From assembly GCF_018350175.1 (NCBI RefSeq), contig NC_058373.1:110858001-110922000 (forward strand): 64,000 nucleotides of DNA, read 5' to 3'. The DNA comes from Felis catus. Lineage: Eukaryota. Positions within the stretch are counted from its first letter, which is position 1. Every line of letters starts with the position of its first letter. The notes below the pieces were generated by a model, which was not told the DNA's origin, searched no databases, and was given only the letters and a program-made list of their open reading frames with translations. Shown here piece by piece: positions 24,820 through 38,200 of this stretch. The position numbers and the translations under genes are program-made.

Positions 24820-26850
24820 GCACAAAAGATTTGAACAGGTGGCAAGGCACATCCAAGTCTTGGCTAGGAAAACTCAATATCATAAAGATGTCAGTTTACT
24901 CTAAATTCCTTTACATATTGAATATTATTTTAAATATATTTAAATTATATAACTTAAATTTGGGGGGAAACTAGAGAAGCTATGAGAAAATGCATTCGAA
25001 AAACAAATAGCTAGGAAAATCCCAAAAAGAAGAGTAACAGACCTTCTCAGGCATTTTTTGTATCAGATAATAAAGCACAGTATAAAGGTACAATGATAAA
25101 ACTGTGTGCTACTAGCATATGAAAAGACATATCGATGGAACAGAACTAGTCCCAAGCACAGAGAGGCACTTGATAACTGACAAAGGTAGTTATTTCTAAT
25201 AGAAAGGGGAAAAAAAGGATTATTGGGTAAGCGGTGTGGAAAAAATTAGATGCCATCCAGGAAAAATTAACTTATATTTATACCTCACATTCCATGATAG
25301 TTTCATTCAGATAAAAACTGAAAATGTAAAAATTAAATCATAAAAATACCAAAACCAATCATGGTTGAATGCTTTTGTTTTTGTTTTCTAATGATGCTGG
25401 TGTAGAAAAAGTCCTAAATAGGACACAAAATTCAAAAGGTAGAAAATAAAAGATTGAAATTTCAACTACATTAAAAAAAAACTTCAGTCAAAATTTCTGC
25501 TCCTATGAATTAAAATTAAAAAAAATTTTTGTGTGGGTTAGAATACCACAAGCAAAGTCACACAAATGACAAAGGATATTTGTAACTCACATCTTTCAAA
25601 GAGCCAATTCCCTTAGGATATAAAGAACATACACAAATTAATGAGGAAAAAGACCAACGATCTAATAGCAAAATGGACATATGTATGTGAACAAAAAGTT
25701 AACAGAAAAACTGTAAAATGGTCTTTAATGTGTAGAAAATTGTCCCAGCTATTCATAGAAGTACAAATTCAAAGTATAAACATACACACGAAATTTAATA
25801 AATGGCCCTTAATTAGTTTGGACAGATTAATTATAAAAGACATTTTTGAGACAACTGGGAAAATTTGAATATTAAGTGGGTTATTAGATTGTATTAGAGT
25901 TGATGTTAATTTTATTAAGTCTGCATTTTTGCCAGCACATAGCTGTAAGCTAGGGGTAAAGCTAGGGGTAATAGTAGTATTATAGTTAGGTGGGAAATGT
26001 TCTTGTTTTTCAGAGGTACCTACTAAAGTATTGGGGTAAAATGTCATGGCAATCTTCAATTCACTTTAAAAATACGTCAACCCCTCAAATAGACAAGCAA
26101 ATATGGTAAAAAAAAATAATAATAACAGTTGTTAAGTCTAGGTGAGGATTCATTATACTTTTATCTCTATTTTTTTGTATGTTTGAAATTTTTCACACTA
26201 AAAGTCAAAAAGTACAACGAAAGTCCATCAAGACACTGCTTCACTTGTTGGGTGGGCACAGATCAAAAAGTCTGATAAAATCCGGTGTTTGGTTAAGGGT
26301 GTGGGGAAAAAACATTCATATGTTGCTAGAGAAGTTATGAGGCAATTTGGCAAGACTGATCAGAATTATATATGCACATACTTTTGAACCCAGTAAATCC
26401 ACTTCTAGGAATATATCCTCCCGACAAACATATGTTTGGGAATTAATCTATAGATAAGGTTATTCATTGCATTTTTAAAAATAGTGAAAGACTGGAAACA
26501 ATGAAAATGTTCACCAATAGGAGACTGGTTAAATTAAAATTGTATGTCCATACAATAGAAAACTTAATTGTTATAAAAAAAATGAGGCTGTTTATGTATT
26601 AATACAAACCAATCTTCAATATATCTTGGGTGGAAGAAAACACATGCAGCAATGTGTAGTAAAAAAAGAAAAAAAGGCTGGGAAGAAGAATAGACCATTT
26701 GCTAATATATGCATAAAATACGCCTGGAAAGATGCATGGGAAATTAAGAACACTAATTGTAGGAAAAGAACTAGGTATCTGAAGGACCAAGTTGGGAACA
26801 AAACATTTTTTGCCCTTTTATACATCTTTTGAGTTTTATCCCCTGGATGT
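24820..26850 (+). mobile_element. Old, fragmented L1 (L1M-type) sequence
   Basis: A-rich; L1 ORF2-like motifs (GAAAACTCAATATCATAAAGATGTC; CCCAGTAAATCCACTTCTAGGAATATATCC) and an L1MC-like 3' segment near 25830-26200. Confidence 0.7.
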
Positions 26851-27610
26851 ATATGTTATTTATTCAATATAGAAATCTATTTTTCTTTTTCTTAAGAAAA
26901 TATTAAACTTTTTTTCCTCCTCCTCCAAGATGGCCCAGTTCCCTGTGTGTCCTGCTTCAGGGACTTTTCACGAGACAAAAATCACAAGCATGGTTAACCA
27001 CCTGAGCCACAAGAAAGATGGAAGGGAGAGAGGGAGAAGGTTTGAGTTGAGGAACACTTCCTACATCCCTTGAGAACAGAGCCCAGGAGGGAGGTCCATG
27101 GGTCCTGTGGGCAGGTTTCGCTCTGCCCCCCTGACCACCATGTAGCTACTCTCCCAGGTCTTGCCCTCTGAATATCCCCCACAGGTGTTTTAAAGCACAG
27201 ACCTCTCCCCTGGAGTCAAGGTTCTTTCCCTTTCTTTCTTGTGTTCTACCTTCTCTAGGCTTCTTCTTGGCTCTTCCTTCTGCTTCCCTCCTCCCTTGGC
27301 GACAGCACACCTGCCACTGGCCCCACCTACTCTGGTACCTGCTTCACTTCCTGACATCATGGGCATCCGGAAAGTTTGTTATCAAAAATCCCCATATCAA
27401 AATTTTATTTATCAAAATAAAAGCCTATTACACATTGGCTGTTCTTAAGCCACATGGTTTAGTTGAAATAGTTTATCTTGGAACCTCAATTACCCAATTC
27501 TAGGCCCATTTATCTATTTCTGCCCTAGTTTCCTATAAAATTCCTTGTGTGCTTCATATCCCTCCCTCTTTTGTCTGTTAAAAATCTGCTATCAAGACTA
27601 GAGAATAGCA

Positions 27611-27739
27611 GCGTGCCTGGCTGGCTTGGTCGGTAGAGCATGTGACTCTGGATCTCGAGGTTGTGAGTTTGAGCCCCACATTGGGTGTAGAGATTTCTCA
27701 AAAATAAAAGAAATCTTAAAAAATAAAAATGAAAAAGAA
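27611..27739 (+). mobile_element. Short Can-SINE
   Basis: GTGCCTGGCTGGCTT...GGGTGTAGAGATT then A tail; TSD TAGAGAA(T/C)AGCA. Confidence 0.82.
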
Positions 27740-28702
27740 TAGAGAACAGCAACCTAAATATTCAAAACAGGGGATTGTATGATAATTTTGGTACATTTGT
27801 GAAGATACTAATAAGGTTGTAGAAGACCTTTCAATGGTAGGAAAGGATATTATAATACATATTAAGGAAAAATACAGATTTTAAAATAACACGTATAATA
27901 TGACCCCAGTCTTGTAGAGCTATATCCATTTAAAAACAAAATCTTAAGCTAGATATTGTTATAGCTGAGTGGTAAGACTGTGGGTGCCTTTTCTTTTTGC
28001 TTATCTGTAGTTTCCAAAATTTCTGCAATGAACATGTATTACTTTGATAATAAGAAACAGCAAATATCATGAAGAAAAATCAGATATGAAGCTCATAAAT
28101 CCTGAGGAATAAATGACGGATGAAATGTTTAAAAATGTGTTGTGTTTTTTTTTTTTTTTTTTCCAGAAGCCTGCATTTTTACCAGCATGTAGCCCTAAGG
28201 TATAGGTAAAGCTGGTGGTCAGAAAGACAAAAGGGAGAAAAGGCACCATAGGAGGCCCATGGACCACTGGCCTGGGTCTGAAAACAATCATTTAATCCTT
28301 TGTAGGTTTACGGCTTGGGATTTCTCTACTTCTCATGTCAGGAAGCCAAGAGCTTAAGAAACCTGAATGAGTGATGCTTTAACTCCCATGAATTTGTGAC
28401 AACATTGAAGATACAGATGCTAATCCCGTGAAGCCTAGCATAGGGGCAGACCCTGAGAGACACATCATAAATGATGCTGGTGGCACAAATTCTACCCTAT
28501 AGTTTAGCTTGGAGAGGAATTTTTTCTTTCAACCAACCAGCTTTCATCACACTAGCATTGTGAACAGCTAGAGCAGGATTCCCCCACATACAAGATTTAA
28601 AACTTAGCTAGGGTTGGTTCTAAGCGAGAACTTTAGGATGCTTACTACATGTCTGCAAAGGCAAGCACAAAGTGCATAAGACTGACTTTAAAAGTGGGCA
28701 GA

Positions 28703-28919
28703 GGGGCACCTGGGTGGCTCAGTCGGTTAAGCGGCCGACTTCAGCTCAGGTCATGATCTCACGGTCCGTGAGTTTGAGCCCCGCGTTGGGCTCTGTGCTG
28801 ACAGCTCAGAGCCTGGAGCCTGTTTCAGATTCTGTGTCTCCCTCTCTCTGACCCTCCCCCATTCATGCTCTGTCTCTCTCTGTCTCAAAAATAAATAAAC
28901 GTTAAAAAAAATTAAAAAA
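28703..28919 (+). mobile_element. SINEC_Fc-type Can-SINE
   Basis: TSD AAAAGTGGGCAGA on both sides. Confidence 0.92.
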
Positions 28920-29248
28920 AAAAGTGGGCAGAGTTGAACACTAAGATGCTGGTTAACTAGACTAGGGTACGGTAATACAAAGGAAGACTATACAGCCATG
29001 AAGATGATAATCTACATGTTTGCATGAAACGATATTCATTCACAATATAGTGCTCAGTGACAAAAATTCTAAGATTACAGTATTATAGATAATATTTTAA
29101 TATTTATACATATATACACGCAGTCATATTTATAGGCTTGTAAAATATCTATATGGGTCATTAACAATGCCCCCAGTTTTCTCTTTTTATTTTTCTAATC
29201 TTCTCTATACTAAATATATTTTGTGTAACAAAAATATTTGAAGATATA

Positions 29249-29452
29249 TTTTTTAATGTTTATTTATTTTTTAGAGAGAGAGAGAGCATGAGCAGAGGAG
29301 GGGCAGAGAGAGAGGGAGACACAGAATGTGAAGCAGGCTCAAGGCTCTGAGCTGTCAGCACAGAGCCTGATGCGGGGCTCAAACTCACGGACCATGAGAG
29401 CCTGACCTGAGCAGAAGTAGGATGCTTAACTGACTGAGCCACCCAGGTGCTC
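29249..29452 (-). mobile_element. Can-SINE
   Basis: Reverse head and GAGA tract. Confidence 0.88.
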
Positions 29453-30219
29453 CTCACCTTATTGTTTTTTAAATAAAATAGGGTCTTTATATATAGTAGG
29501 AAAAGAAAACAAGTTATCAGAGACCAGTTTAAATTTAAAAAAATGTTTTTGAAGAAGGCTAGTTTTGATCTGAGGTTTGAAGATGATCATGGTTTTAGAA
29601 TGACAGAGAAGAAAGGGGGGGGGGTCTTGCTCAAAGCCCTCAAGATGGAAACTGGCAAATCTGTATGTGTGTGCACACAGGTGTGAAAGTTTGGGGGGTG
29701 AGCGTGAAAAGCAATGAACTTCCCCAGAGTAAAGAAGTTGAAGGACAGTCTAGGGAATCTGAACTCTACACTTCAGGTAAAGAAAAGCCTAGAGGTTCTT
29801 AAGTAAAGCAACACCTCACTAAAATCTGCTAGAGGACAATGCTTCTAACTTCCCTGTGTAAATGGGATTCAATGAGGAGAGGTCAAGGCACCAGCTTGGA
29901 GGCAGCTGCAGAAGTCTCTGCTTGAGGTGACATGACCCCAGCTGACATGTGAACCATGGAAGTGAAATGACCAGAGCTGATCTGGACAACCACAGAACAA
30001 GGGTCTGCTGGCCCACAGCAGGTGAGAATATTCAGAGGCTGTAAGACAGAAGTAAAAAGGAATTCAGGATTTTGGTCAAAGAGGCTTAAGAGGCTGGTGG
30101 TGGAAGGAAAATGAGAAGAGAGGTCTTGGGTGGGATGCAGAGGAGGAGGCAATGCAGGTCTGAAGGACTTTCAAGAAAGCCCAAGTGCTGTAGCCCCAAT
30201 GGCACTGGGATGATTTTAT

Positions 30220-30414
30220 GATTTTATTATTATTTCTAAGTTTATTTTTGAGAGAGAGAAAGAGTGTGAGCAGGGGAGAGGCAGAGAGGGAGACAGAGGA
30301 TCTGAAGCGGGTTCCATGCTGACAGTATAGAGTTCAATGTAAGGCTTGAACTCACGAACTGTAAGATCATGACCCGAGGTGAACGCTTAACCGACTGAGC
30401 CACCCAGGCACCCC
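30220..30414 (-). mobile_element. Can-SINE
   Basis: Reverse head ending GCCACCCAGGCACCCC. Confidence 0.85.
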
Positions 30415-33176
30415 AGCAGCAGGATGATTTCAAATCCCTGGGATTCTGTCCTGGCACTTTCTGCTGTGCATCTCCCCTCATCTGTGTAAGTGGCATGGTG
30501 ATACCTATCCCCTGCTTACTTCAGAGTGGTTAAGGGTCAATTAGATCATCTGGATAAAAAGCACCAGGTATTGTTATCATGCATGCAGGTGGTGGTTGCA
30601 GGGAGAGATTACACTCACTTAGAACACAAGGCCACAGAAGTTGACATGGTCCAGGACTCAGTTTTAACCTACCCTTTATTGAGGAGAGAGAATTTCTGGA
30701 GAATCTACTGATTTGCTAAAAATCACTGATTCCCTTTCCCTAAGCCAGGAACCAGAGCTCCGTGGTTCAGGGTAGAAGTATGTGGTCAGCGCTACCATAA
30801 CAGGAGGCTTCTTCCCAGGCTGCCAGAGGTGGAAAGGCCTTGTGTGCATCATCTGGTTTGAGCCTCTTGTTTTACAGGTGAAGAGCAGAAAAGCGACTTG
30901 GCCAAGGTCACCTAACTTGGGAAAGCCCACGATAGCAACAGGAGAGGCCAGAAGAATGATAATGTGAGGATGGACCACTTCTCTCTGTCAATGGCCACCA
31001 AGCTGGCTCACACTGCCGTCTTCTCTTTCCCGGACTTTTGCATAGTCTCCCCACAACCTGTTGCCCCCACTGAAGTCAGAGTGACTTTTAAAAACCCAAA
31101 TGTAACCATGCCACTTCCCTGTCAGAGCACTTTGATGGGTGTGGGAGTGGCTCCATCTTCTGGCCTTCTACTGAAGGCCACAGATCCTGTCTTGAGAGCC
31201 TACAGCTCTCCCTGCTACAGCTCCCACCCTTTGACCCTTCAACCCTGCCACCCCTTTGCAAATAATCTCCTTAAAAAACTCTTCAGCCACCCCTTTTGAG
31301 TTTCCTACTGCTTCCTGCCAGGACCCTGAAGATACCAATGGCCTGTAAGTCCCTGTGATGTGGCTCCTGCCTGCCCCTCCCATCTCCACCCACCCTTCCC
31401 CCCATGTGCTCACTCCAACAAGCCCTACTCCTCCTTGGATGAGTTATAGGCTGTAGGTTATATTAGAAACTCCTAATTCTCAACAAATCCTCATGGAATT
31501 TATCATAATTTGTCAACATGCATGTATGTCTATATGTACAGAGACACGTGTGTGAGTATTTGATCCACTTCCTTCTCGCCAGACTGTAAAATGAGATCCC
31601 CTGTTGATCTGGTTTCCAGAGTTTGAAGGCTGAAGGGTTTGGAGGCAAAATGCTCCTAGAGACTCAACTGCTACCAGCTTCCTTGTCATTCTCTCTCAGT
31701 GACACGATAAAAAAGGAAAATGAACAATTGCTACAGATGCTTGGAAACAACACTCCTGGCACCTCTTCAGTCAAGCAGCATGCAGACAGCGCCCAGTTGG
31801 AGAAGGGGAAAATGGATGCCGGCTGCTCTGGGAGCCATGAGCACAGTAAGGCCTGGTGTCACAGCCTGCCCTTGGGAATGAAGCCAACAGCCCACAGGAA
31901 TGTCCCAAAGATGGAGGAGGCTATTACCATGGCTCACTCAGACTGCACTGCATGGGGAGGGGAGAGTCTTATTATTAACCTCAGTGTATTAATATTTGAA
32001 AAGCATCTTCACGATGATAGATAGCAGTCACCCAGAGAATGGGAACAGCCTTGGTTCTGCAAAGTGTTTTCAAAGAGGAAGAACAGCTTTTATCAAGAGG
32101 GAAGAGAGGACAATGGGAGAAAGTGTTATGTCCTGGGCTGGGGAAACTGCCTTGGACCACGGCACACTGCCTCTCCTGTGGATCTGTGTGCACAGGTAAC
32201 TAGCAGGTTTATCTGAACAGTGGCCTGTCTCAGGAAAGCGGGTGGGGGTGGAACTCATAATGGCTGACCTCCGAGGAAAAGCTGCTGAGCCAATTATTTT
32301 TTCTTCTGACAGTACACTAAAATGATTGTTGCTGATTATACATATTTCCATGAATAGTATGTCTCCCCAATATATAGTTTCTACATAGAACTCCATTTCG
32401 TGTTTTGAAATTGGAGAAGAAAACATTAAAGAAAACCCTCATTAATGATGCCACCTTTGTTCTCACACGTAGCTTAACAGAGATATTCAGACCATTAACA
32501 CCTGATGGCTTGGTCTCCAGCAGCTACATCTGAACTTGTCAACTTAGTAGGCTGCCAAGAAGCTGCTGAATCCCCACTCCTGTACCTTCCCCACCCTGCC
32601 CACCACATACTGTGGTGAAATCCTGCTCTCTGAAAGAAATCATTCACCCTCTGGACACAAAGCCCTTCTCAGGAAACTGGGACACCTGGAATCAGTGTCA
32701 TCCTGGTGCAGGTGGAGAAACAGGCCAAGCATGACCTTTTGCCACCAAAGTCAGGAAGCAGCCGATACTACCTTCTCTGCGAAGTTTCCAAGGAGCCAAC
32801 GCGGGTGGGAAGGGAGCGGCAGGGTCTGAAGGCACCTGTCCTAAGGCTCTGATGGAACATCTACCAGTCACAGAACTTAACCTTGGGGCCTGGGCAAAGT
32901 GGGTCTGGAAGATGTTTAAGGTTCAAAATGGCAGCAACTCTGTGCTTCAGAGCACAGGGACATAGCCTGCCATGCACCTGCTGCCCTGTTGTGTCCTCTG
33001 AATTGTCTTCAACCAACCTCACTACTTGACCTCATCTCCAATCTAGTAAGAAGGCAAAGACAAAATGCAGAAAGGAAAGGCATTTCTAGTTTGAAGCATC
33101 ACTTGGATTCTGACTTAAAGGCAAAGGCAGAGTGGGCTACACAATTTTGTGCACTTTGTTTTAAAAGAATGGCTCT

Positions 33177-33375
33177 GGGGTGCCTGGGTGACTCAGTTGG
33201 TTGAGTGTCGGACTCTTGATTTTGGCTCAGGTCATGAGATTGAGCCCCATGTAGGGCTCTGTGCTGATAGTGTGGAGCCTGCTTGGGATTCTCCCTCTTT
33301 CTCTCTCTCTGCCCCTCCCCTGCTCATACGTGTGCACACTCTCTTGCTCTCTCAAAATAAACATAAAAAAATAAA
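33177..33375 (+). mobile_element. Can-SINE
   Basis: GGGGTGCCTGGGTGACTCAG head; TSD AAAG(A/G)ATGGCTCTG. Confidence 0.87.
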
Positions 33376-36300
33376 GCAACAAAAAGTGTTCAAAGGATGG
33401 CTCTGTGTTAAATGGGCCACAGAAGATGATGAAGGACACGTTGAGCCCTCTCCTCACAGATCGTCTCAAGAGTCCCTGCATTGCTCTCTGTACCATGACC
33501 TTCTAGATGCCTCTGTGCTCTGAGGGGCTGGAAGTCATGCAGTAGGTGGCACTTGGGATGCCCAGATTTCAACGTGAGTGCATGGGTAAGGCAGGGGAGG
33601 CCAGGGCACAAGGTTTTATCTTTTGGGGGCATCTTTCTGTTGCATTCCTCCTCTGCCCCTTGGGCCACACCTGCCCCAAGTCACTGGGGTACACAGCCAG
33701 GTGCAAGAGGGTACACATGCAGGCAGAGGACCCTTCTGGGATGAGGAGAGAGAGCACCAAGGGCAGGCATTCTGGCTGGTAAATTCCCTGCAGCCTGCAG
33801 TGCTTCATCCCTCATCCGGACAGCCACAAATGTTTACCAAATGGCTCCCAGTATGAAAAGGGGGGAGGACAGGAAAGGGGGTGTGAGTGAAGATGAGGGT
33901 GGCTCTAGGAGACACTGGAAGCCTTTCTACCGAAACCTGAAGGCTGGAACTTCTTGGAGGGATTAGAAGGTGAGCTTTTCAACTGCTTTCCTTCCTCTAA
34001 TCTTTCAAAGCAGGTTCTAAACGTAGGAAGGTACCAAAGGCAGTCATCAAAGCAGAGAACGGCCCGTGTTCAGGAAGAAGCCTCAGGGTGACCCATCACT
34101 TAACCTCCTCGAGTGCTGCCAGCTTTAGAGCCTGACACTGAGAGCTAACATCTGCCAGGGACCTACTGGGCAAATATTCCTGCTGGGCCCCCACCCTTCC
34201 CCTGGGCACTGCCGAGGTCAAATCCATCCCCTATTTGCAGGAGCCTTCTGCAGCACTTTCCTGCCCACCTCCCCCTTCATTTCAGTCAGGCTGACCCACA
34301 GTGTCAAATCCACAGTGATTCATTTGGAGAGAGGTCAGGTATTTGTATACCAATGTGGCAGTTTCCACATGGAATAACCAGATGGTTTGTTTATTTCAGT
34401 CCAGGGAGGAAGAGCTGGGAATTATGTGAAAGGCAAAATAGGGAGTATTTCCTCTGGAGCTGAGAGGAAGTTGACTTAAGGGGCAGAAAAAAATGGAGTC
34501 CTGTTAACAAACTGCAAGATTTCCAACCACAGGTCACTATGTGGAGAAGGACCCAGAGAAGCCACACCCAGAAGGACATCTAACCAGCCTCATCATCCTT
34601 TGGTTTCTTGGTCCTTCCAGGTCACCCAGCTGATGGCAGAGACACAGCTGGGATCTTGGCTGGGCAGCCTTAAAGAGAAAGATCTACACAGCATGGGGCT
34701 TCATCCCTGTGGGCACTGGGTCTCTGGGGACCGAGCCAAAATCCGCAACACAAGCATTAGTGGAGTTTCCCCTGGTCCCTGGCTCCTTCTTCCAACCCTG
34801 GCCTTCAGAAACAAAGGAGGGTGGGGTTAAGAAGGAAGAAACTGGCCCTGGAACAGGCCAGGATAACTGGAACTATGACTGATGATCATGAATGTCTGAA
34901 GTTAAAAGAAGGGACAGAAAGATATTACTAAGATTTCCTGCAAATACTAACATTCACCTAGTATTTTATTACTAATAAAAAACTTTCATAAACTTTATCT
35001 TACTTGATCTTCACAAGACCCTTGGGAAAGAACTACTGTCCCCATTTTATAAAACAGGAAATTGATTCAACCATCCTCCATACTAGTAGCATTAGAGGGG
35101 ACAGTAATGCCTTCCTTGCCATCATGTGCTTAGGTGTGGGGGAGTGGCTGTGGAGAATGCAGAAATGATTGGAACTAGAGGTGCTTCTGCTTCCTCAGCC
35201 TCTTTGGAAAGGCTGCCAAGGCAGCCCCAAAGACAATACTGAAGAGAAAAACATCCGGAAGTTAAAACTGAGGGAGACAGACAGCCCCTTTCTCTGCTCT
35301 GTCTACCCACTAGAACGGGTCCATCTGACCTCTCTACTTTGGAAGCTTCCACAGCTTTTGTTTATCCCACAGCTCACTCAGAGTGGACTCTCAGTAAAGT
35401 CAGTAGACTGACAGGTTTCTGTTTGTTTTTTAAAACCCTGAATGGATCCTAAACTTCCATGGTTACTTGTCAGCCAGATGTTCTAAATTGTTAAGGTCCA
35501 GGCATGTAAGTCTATGCTCGGTGGTCCCCCTCTCCCCTGGGGGGTATTCAGATTCTCTGGTAGACGATATGCAAACTCTTGGTGAGACACAGGCATGGCT
35601 GTGGAACTTTTTTCTCCAGTAACCTGATGACTTACTTTCACCAGTTTTCCAACCTGATCCTCAGACCTGGCTGCCATTCATATAGTCCAACTGGATGAAG
35701 TTGTACCCCACCTGCTAGTCAAGATCCCATGCACCCTTCAATTCCTGAGGGCCTTCTCCACAAATGAGTCCCCGATTCCTGAGTCTCCTCCTTTGCTCTC
35801 TCATTGCTATTTAATTATATGCCTTTCCTACAGTTCTTCTCTAATTGTACTTGTGCTAATTCGTTATGAACATTGTTCATTTCCCTAGTGGATCATAAAC
35901 TACTTACAGACAGATGCTGTGTTGAATTCATCTCCGTGGTTTTCTCTGGTCATGGGGTTAGCTTTATACATAGTAGAGGTACAATAAATAACTATTAAAA
36001 TGGAATTTTCCTCGGTTTCTTAAAAAATAGGGTATCTGTAAAACATATGAAAGGATCCCTGCACAAAGGCAGTCCCACTCCTCATACTGTCCTTTGACAA
36101 GACATAGGGAAAATGGAACCCCTCTCCCTCCACCTCTATAACCAGGGTCAATGTAGTCAGGCCCAGCTGGCACGCAGATAGAAAAAAGGTAAAACCAGAC
36201 TGGCAAGACAAGGGTTCCTAGTTTGCTTATTTAAAGAGGTTAAGATTATATAAGCAAAGAAAGGAATGAATTAGTGCTATTATCTGTCCTCAAGGGAAGC

Positions 36301-36963
36301 CAAGGAAGGAATTTTTAAGGGTAGGGAATGCAGAGGAGGGGGTGAAGGAAGAAGAAAGGGAGTGTCTCACAAGAACAAGAACACAAAAGCTGATGGCTGA
36401 GATGTGAATGGATTCCCCATCATGACAAGGGAATGAGACACCCCATTCCTTTTAGTGTAAGGTAAGCCCAGCTACTCCTAAGGTGAAAGGTCACTATGGT
36501 TCCCCTGCTCATGACTCAAGGTTAGCTGAAGTTGGAGGTATCTGAGAGCAGAGTGGAGGGAGAGAAGGTAGAAGACTACTACTAGAAAATTCAGATAGGG
36601 CCACTAAGTGATGATGGTGCACTGGGAGAATCGCTCCAGAAAGTGCTTATGGGCGAGTCTGGGTTCTTCTTACAAGGTGAAGATGGGGAAAGAAGTCTGA
36701 TTTGGGTTAATAACTGGTGGAGCAGATGATGGAATCTACCCCCAGCCCTCCCACCCACACGCTATCCCACAGAACTCAAACTTTCTTTATTGGCCAAGAA
36801 CTTACTGTCCGAATATAGCTACCCTGGGCCAGGCTCCAGGGAAGCAGTGGTCACAGGGGTTGGCGCGAGAAGAAAAAAAAAAAAAAATCCCAAGAATCAG
36901 ATCCCAGCCAGCAGGGGGAGGACAAACTATTTCTGCTGGAGATTTAAGATCTCCCCCTCCCTC

Positions 36964-36967
<4 letters not shown>

Positions 36968-37038
<71 letters not shown>

Positions 37039-37051
37039 CACACGCACACAC
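36968..37051. repeat. (CT)n(CA)n microsatellite
   Basis: Read directly. Confidence 0.93.
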
Positions 37052-37596
37052 AGAAATCTACTATGAATCTAAGTAGAAATCTAATTCCAGTTTAAGGATA
37101 AGAGGTTTAGTCTAGAAAATCCTGCTTCCTGAGCCAGTGTGGGGAGGATGTTATCTGTTCTCAATGTCCTATCAAATCACACTTTTCTTTTAGGACAACA
37201 GAGAGGAGGATGATAATTTCTCTATCCAGGAGCAGGCAGGAGATTGAGGTGCATAATGAAGCTGCACACCCCTCTGCCTGGCCATCCAGCCCCTCAGACA
37301 CTCCTTTGCCCAGACTCTCTCTCAGTTCTCACTTTGGCCACAGGTCACTCAGGACAGAGGCAGAGGGCAGGGCCCACCTGGCACCACCTCCCACCTGGGA
37401 CGAACTAGGGCATGCGTGGGAGCCTCTGCTCCCTCCCAACAGGGCCAAGTCTCCCTGAGCCACACAGCCATGCCTCCATCACCTCCCTGCCAGGGCTCAC
37501 GCCAATGCACGCAGAGGGCTGGCCACAGGCAGGGAGGGGACTGAACCCTGGGACTATGAGACCGGCTCCTCTAACCCCCATGGCCCCAAATGGTAC

Positions 37597-37744
37597 CTGC
37601 CAAGGCCTTGATCCGGGACCTCTCAAAGAGCCTGGCTGAGCTGTTGTCATTATCCAGCTCATCGTCCGGGGCATCCCAGCGGGCATTGATCCGGCTGTAC
37701 GGTGGCTGGTTGCCCACGTTTTCAAACTCCGTGGCCGATGTCAT
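37597..37744 (-). CDS. SPTB: SPTB coding exon 1 (148 nt CDS; exon runs 37597-37795 with 51 nt of 5'UTR)
   Basis: ATG at 37744; [49 protein letters not shown]; donor CAG|GTACCA; acceptor CCCCCCTAG at 37796. This frame is absent from the ORF track. Confidence 0.97.
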
Positions 37745-37939
37745 GTCAGCAGGCTCTCAGCAGTTGTGCCTGCCTCAGTCTTCATGGAAGGGTCCCTAGG
37801 GGGGAACAGCAACACAGTCAGAGGGTTAGCTACCTCCCCCTTGGACTTTTTCTCAGGGGAAACTTATTCGGAGCATCCAGCAGGGGTAGGTCCTTGTAGG
37901 AGGAGCACACCGTGCCATCTGCCGGGCCATGCTTCCCAC

Positions 37940-38200
37940 CTGGGGTCTCTGGGTTATAGAATATTGCAGCAGCAGCAGTCGCCGCCGCCGCCACACTGTA
38001 ACGGCGACAGTGGCGGCAGGGATGGAGAGCTGCAGGCAGAAAGGGTCAGGACGGCCAGCAGGTGGAGACGTCAGTCGCAGCAAGCCCGCTTCCTCCAAAC
38101 CTGCGGCTGAGGCAGCTGTGGAAGCTTGGGAGCCGGAGAGGGGAGGCTCTCCTGGGAGCCAGGGGATGGGCGGGGTGGGGGTGGGGGTGGGGTGGGGAGA
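37940..38200 (-). promoter_or_regulatory. Candidate proximal promoter and alternative non-coding first exon of SPTB
   Basis: Local CpG enrichment, tandem CACCC/GC boxes at 38168-38197, donor-like CAG|GTGGGA at 37940/37939; motif evidence only. Confidence 0.35.

Larger units (their letters stand above)
496..37795 (-). other. SPTB: SPTB gene, partial: first coding exon through coding exon 17; 3' part lies beyond the window start, main first exon not identified in the window
   Basis: 17 GT-AG exons join into one open frame of 3855 nt starting [33 protein letters not shown], the beta-I spectrin N-terminus, followed by CH1/CH2 and spectrin repeats. Confidence 0.98.
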
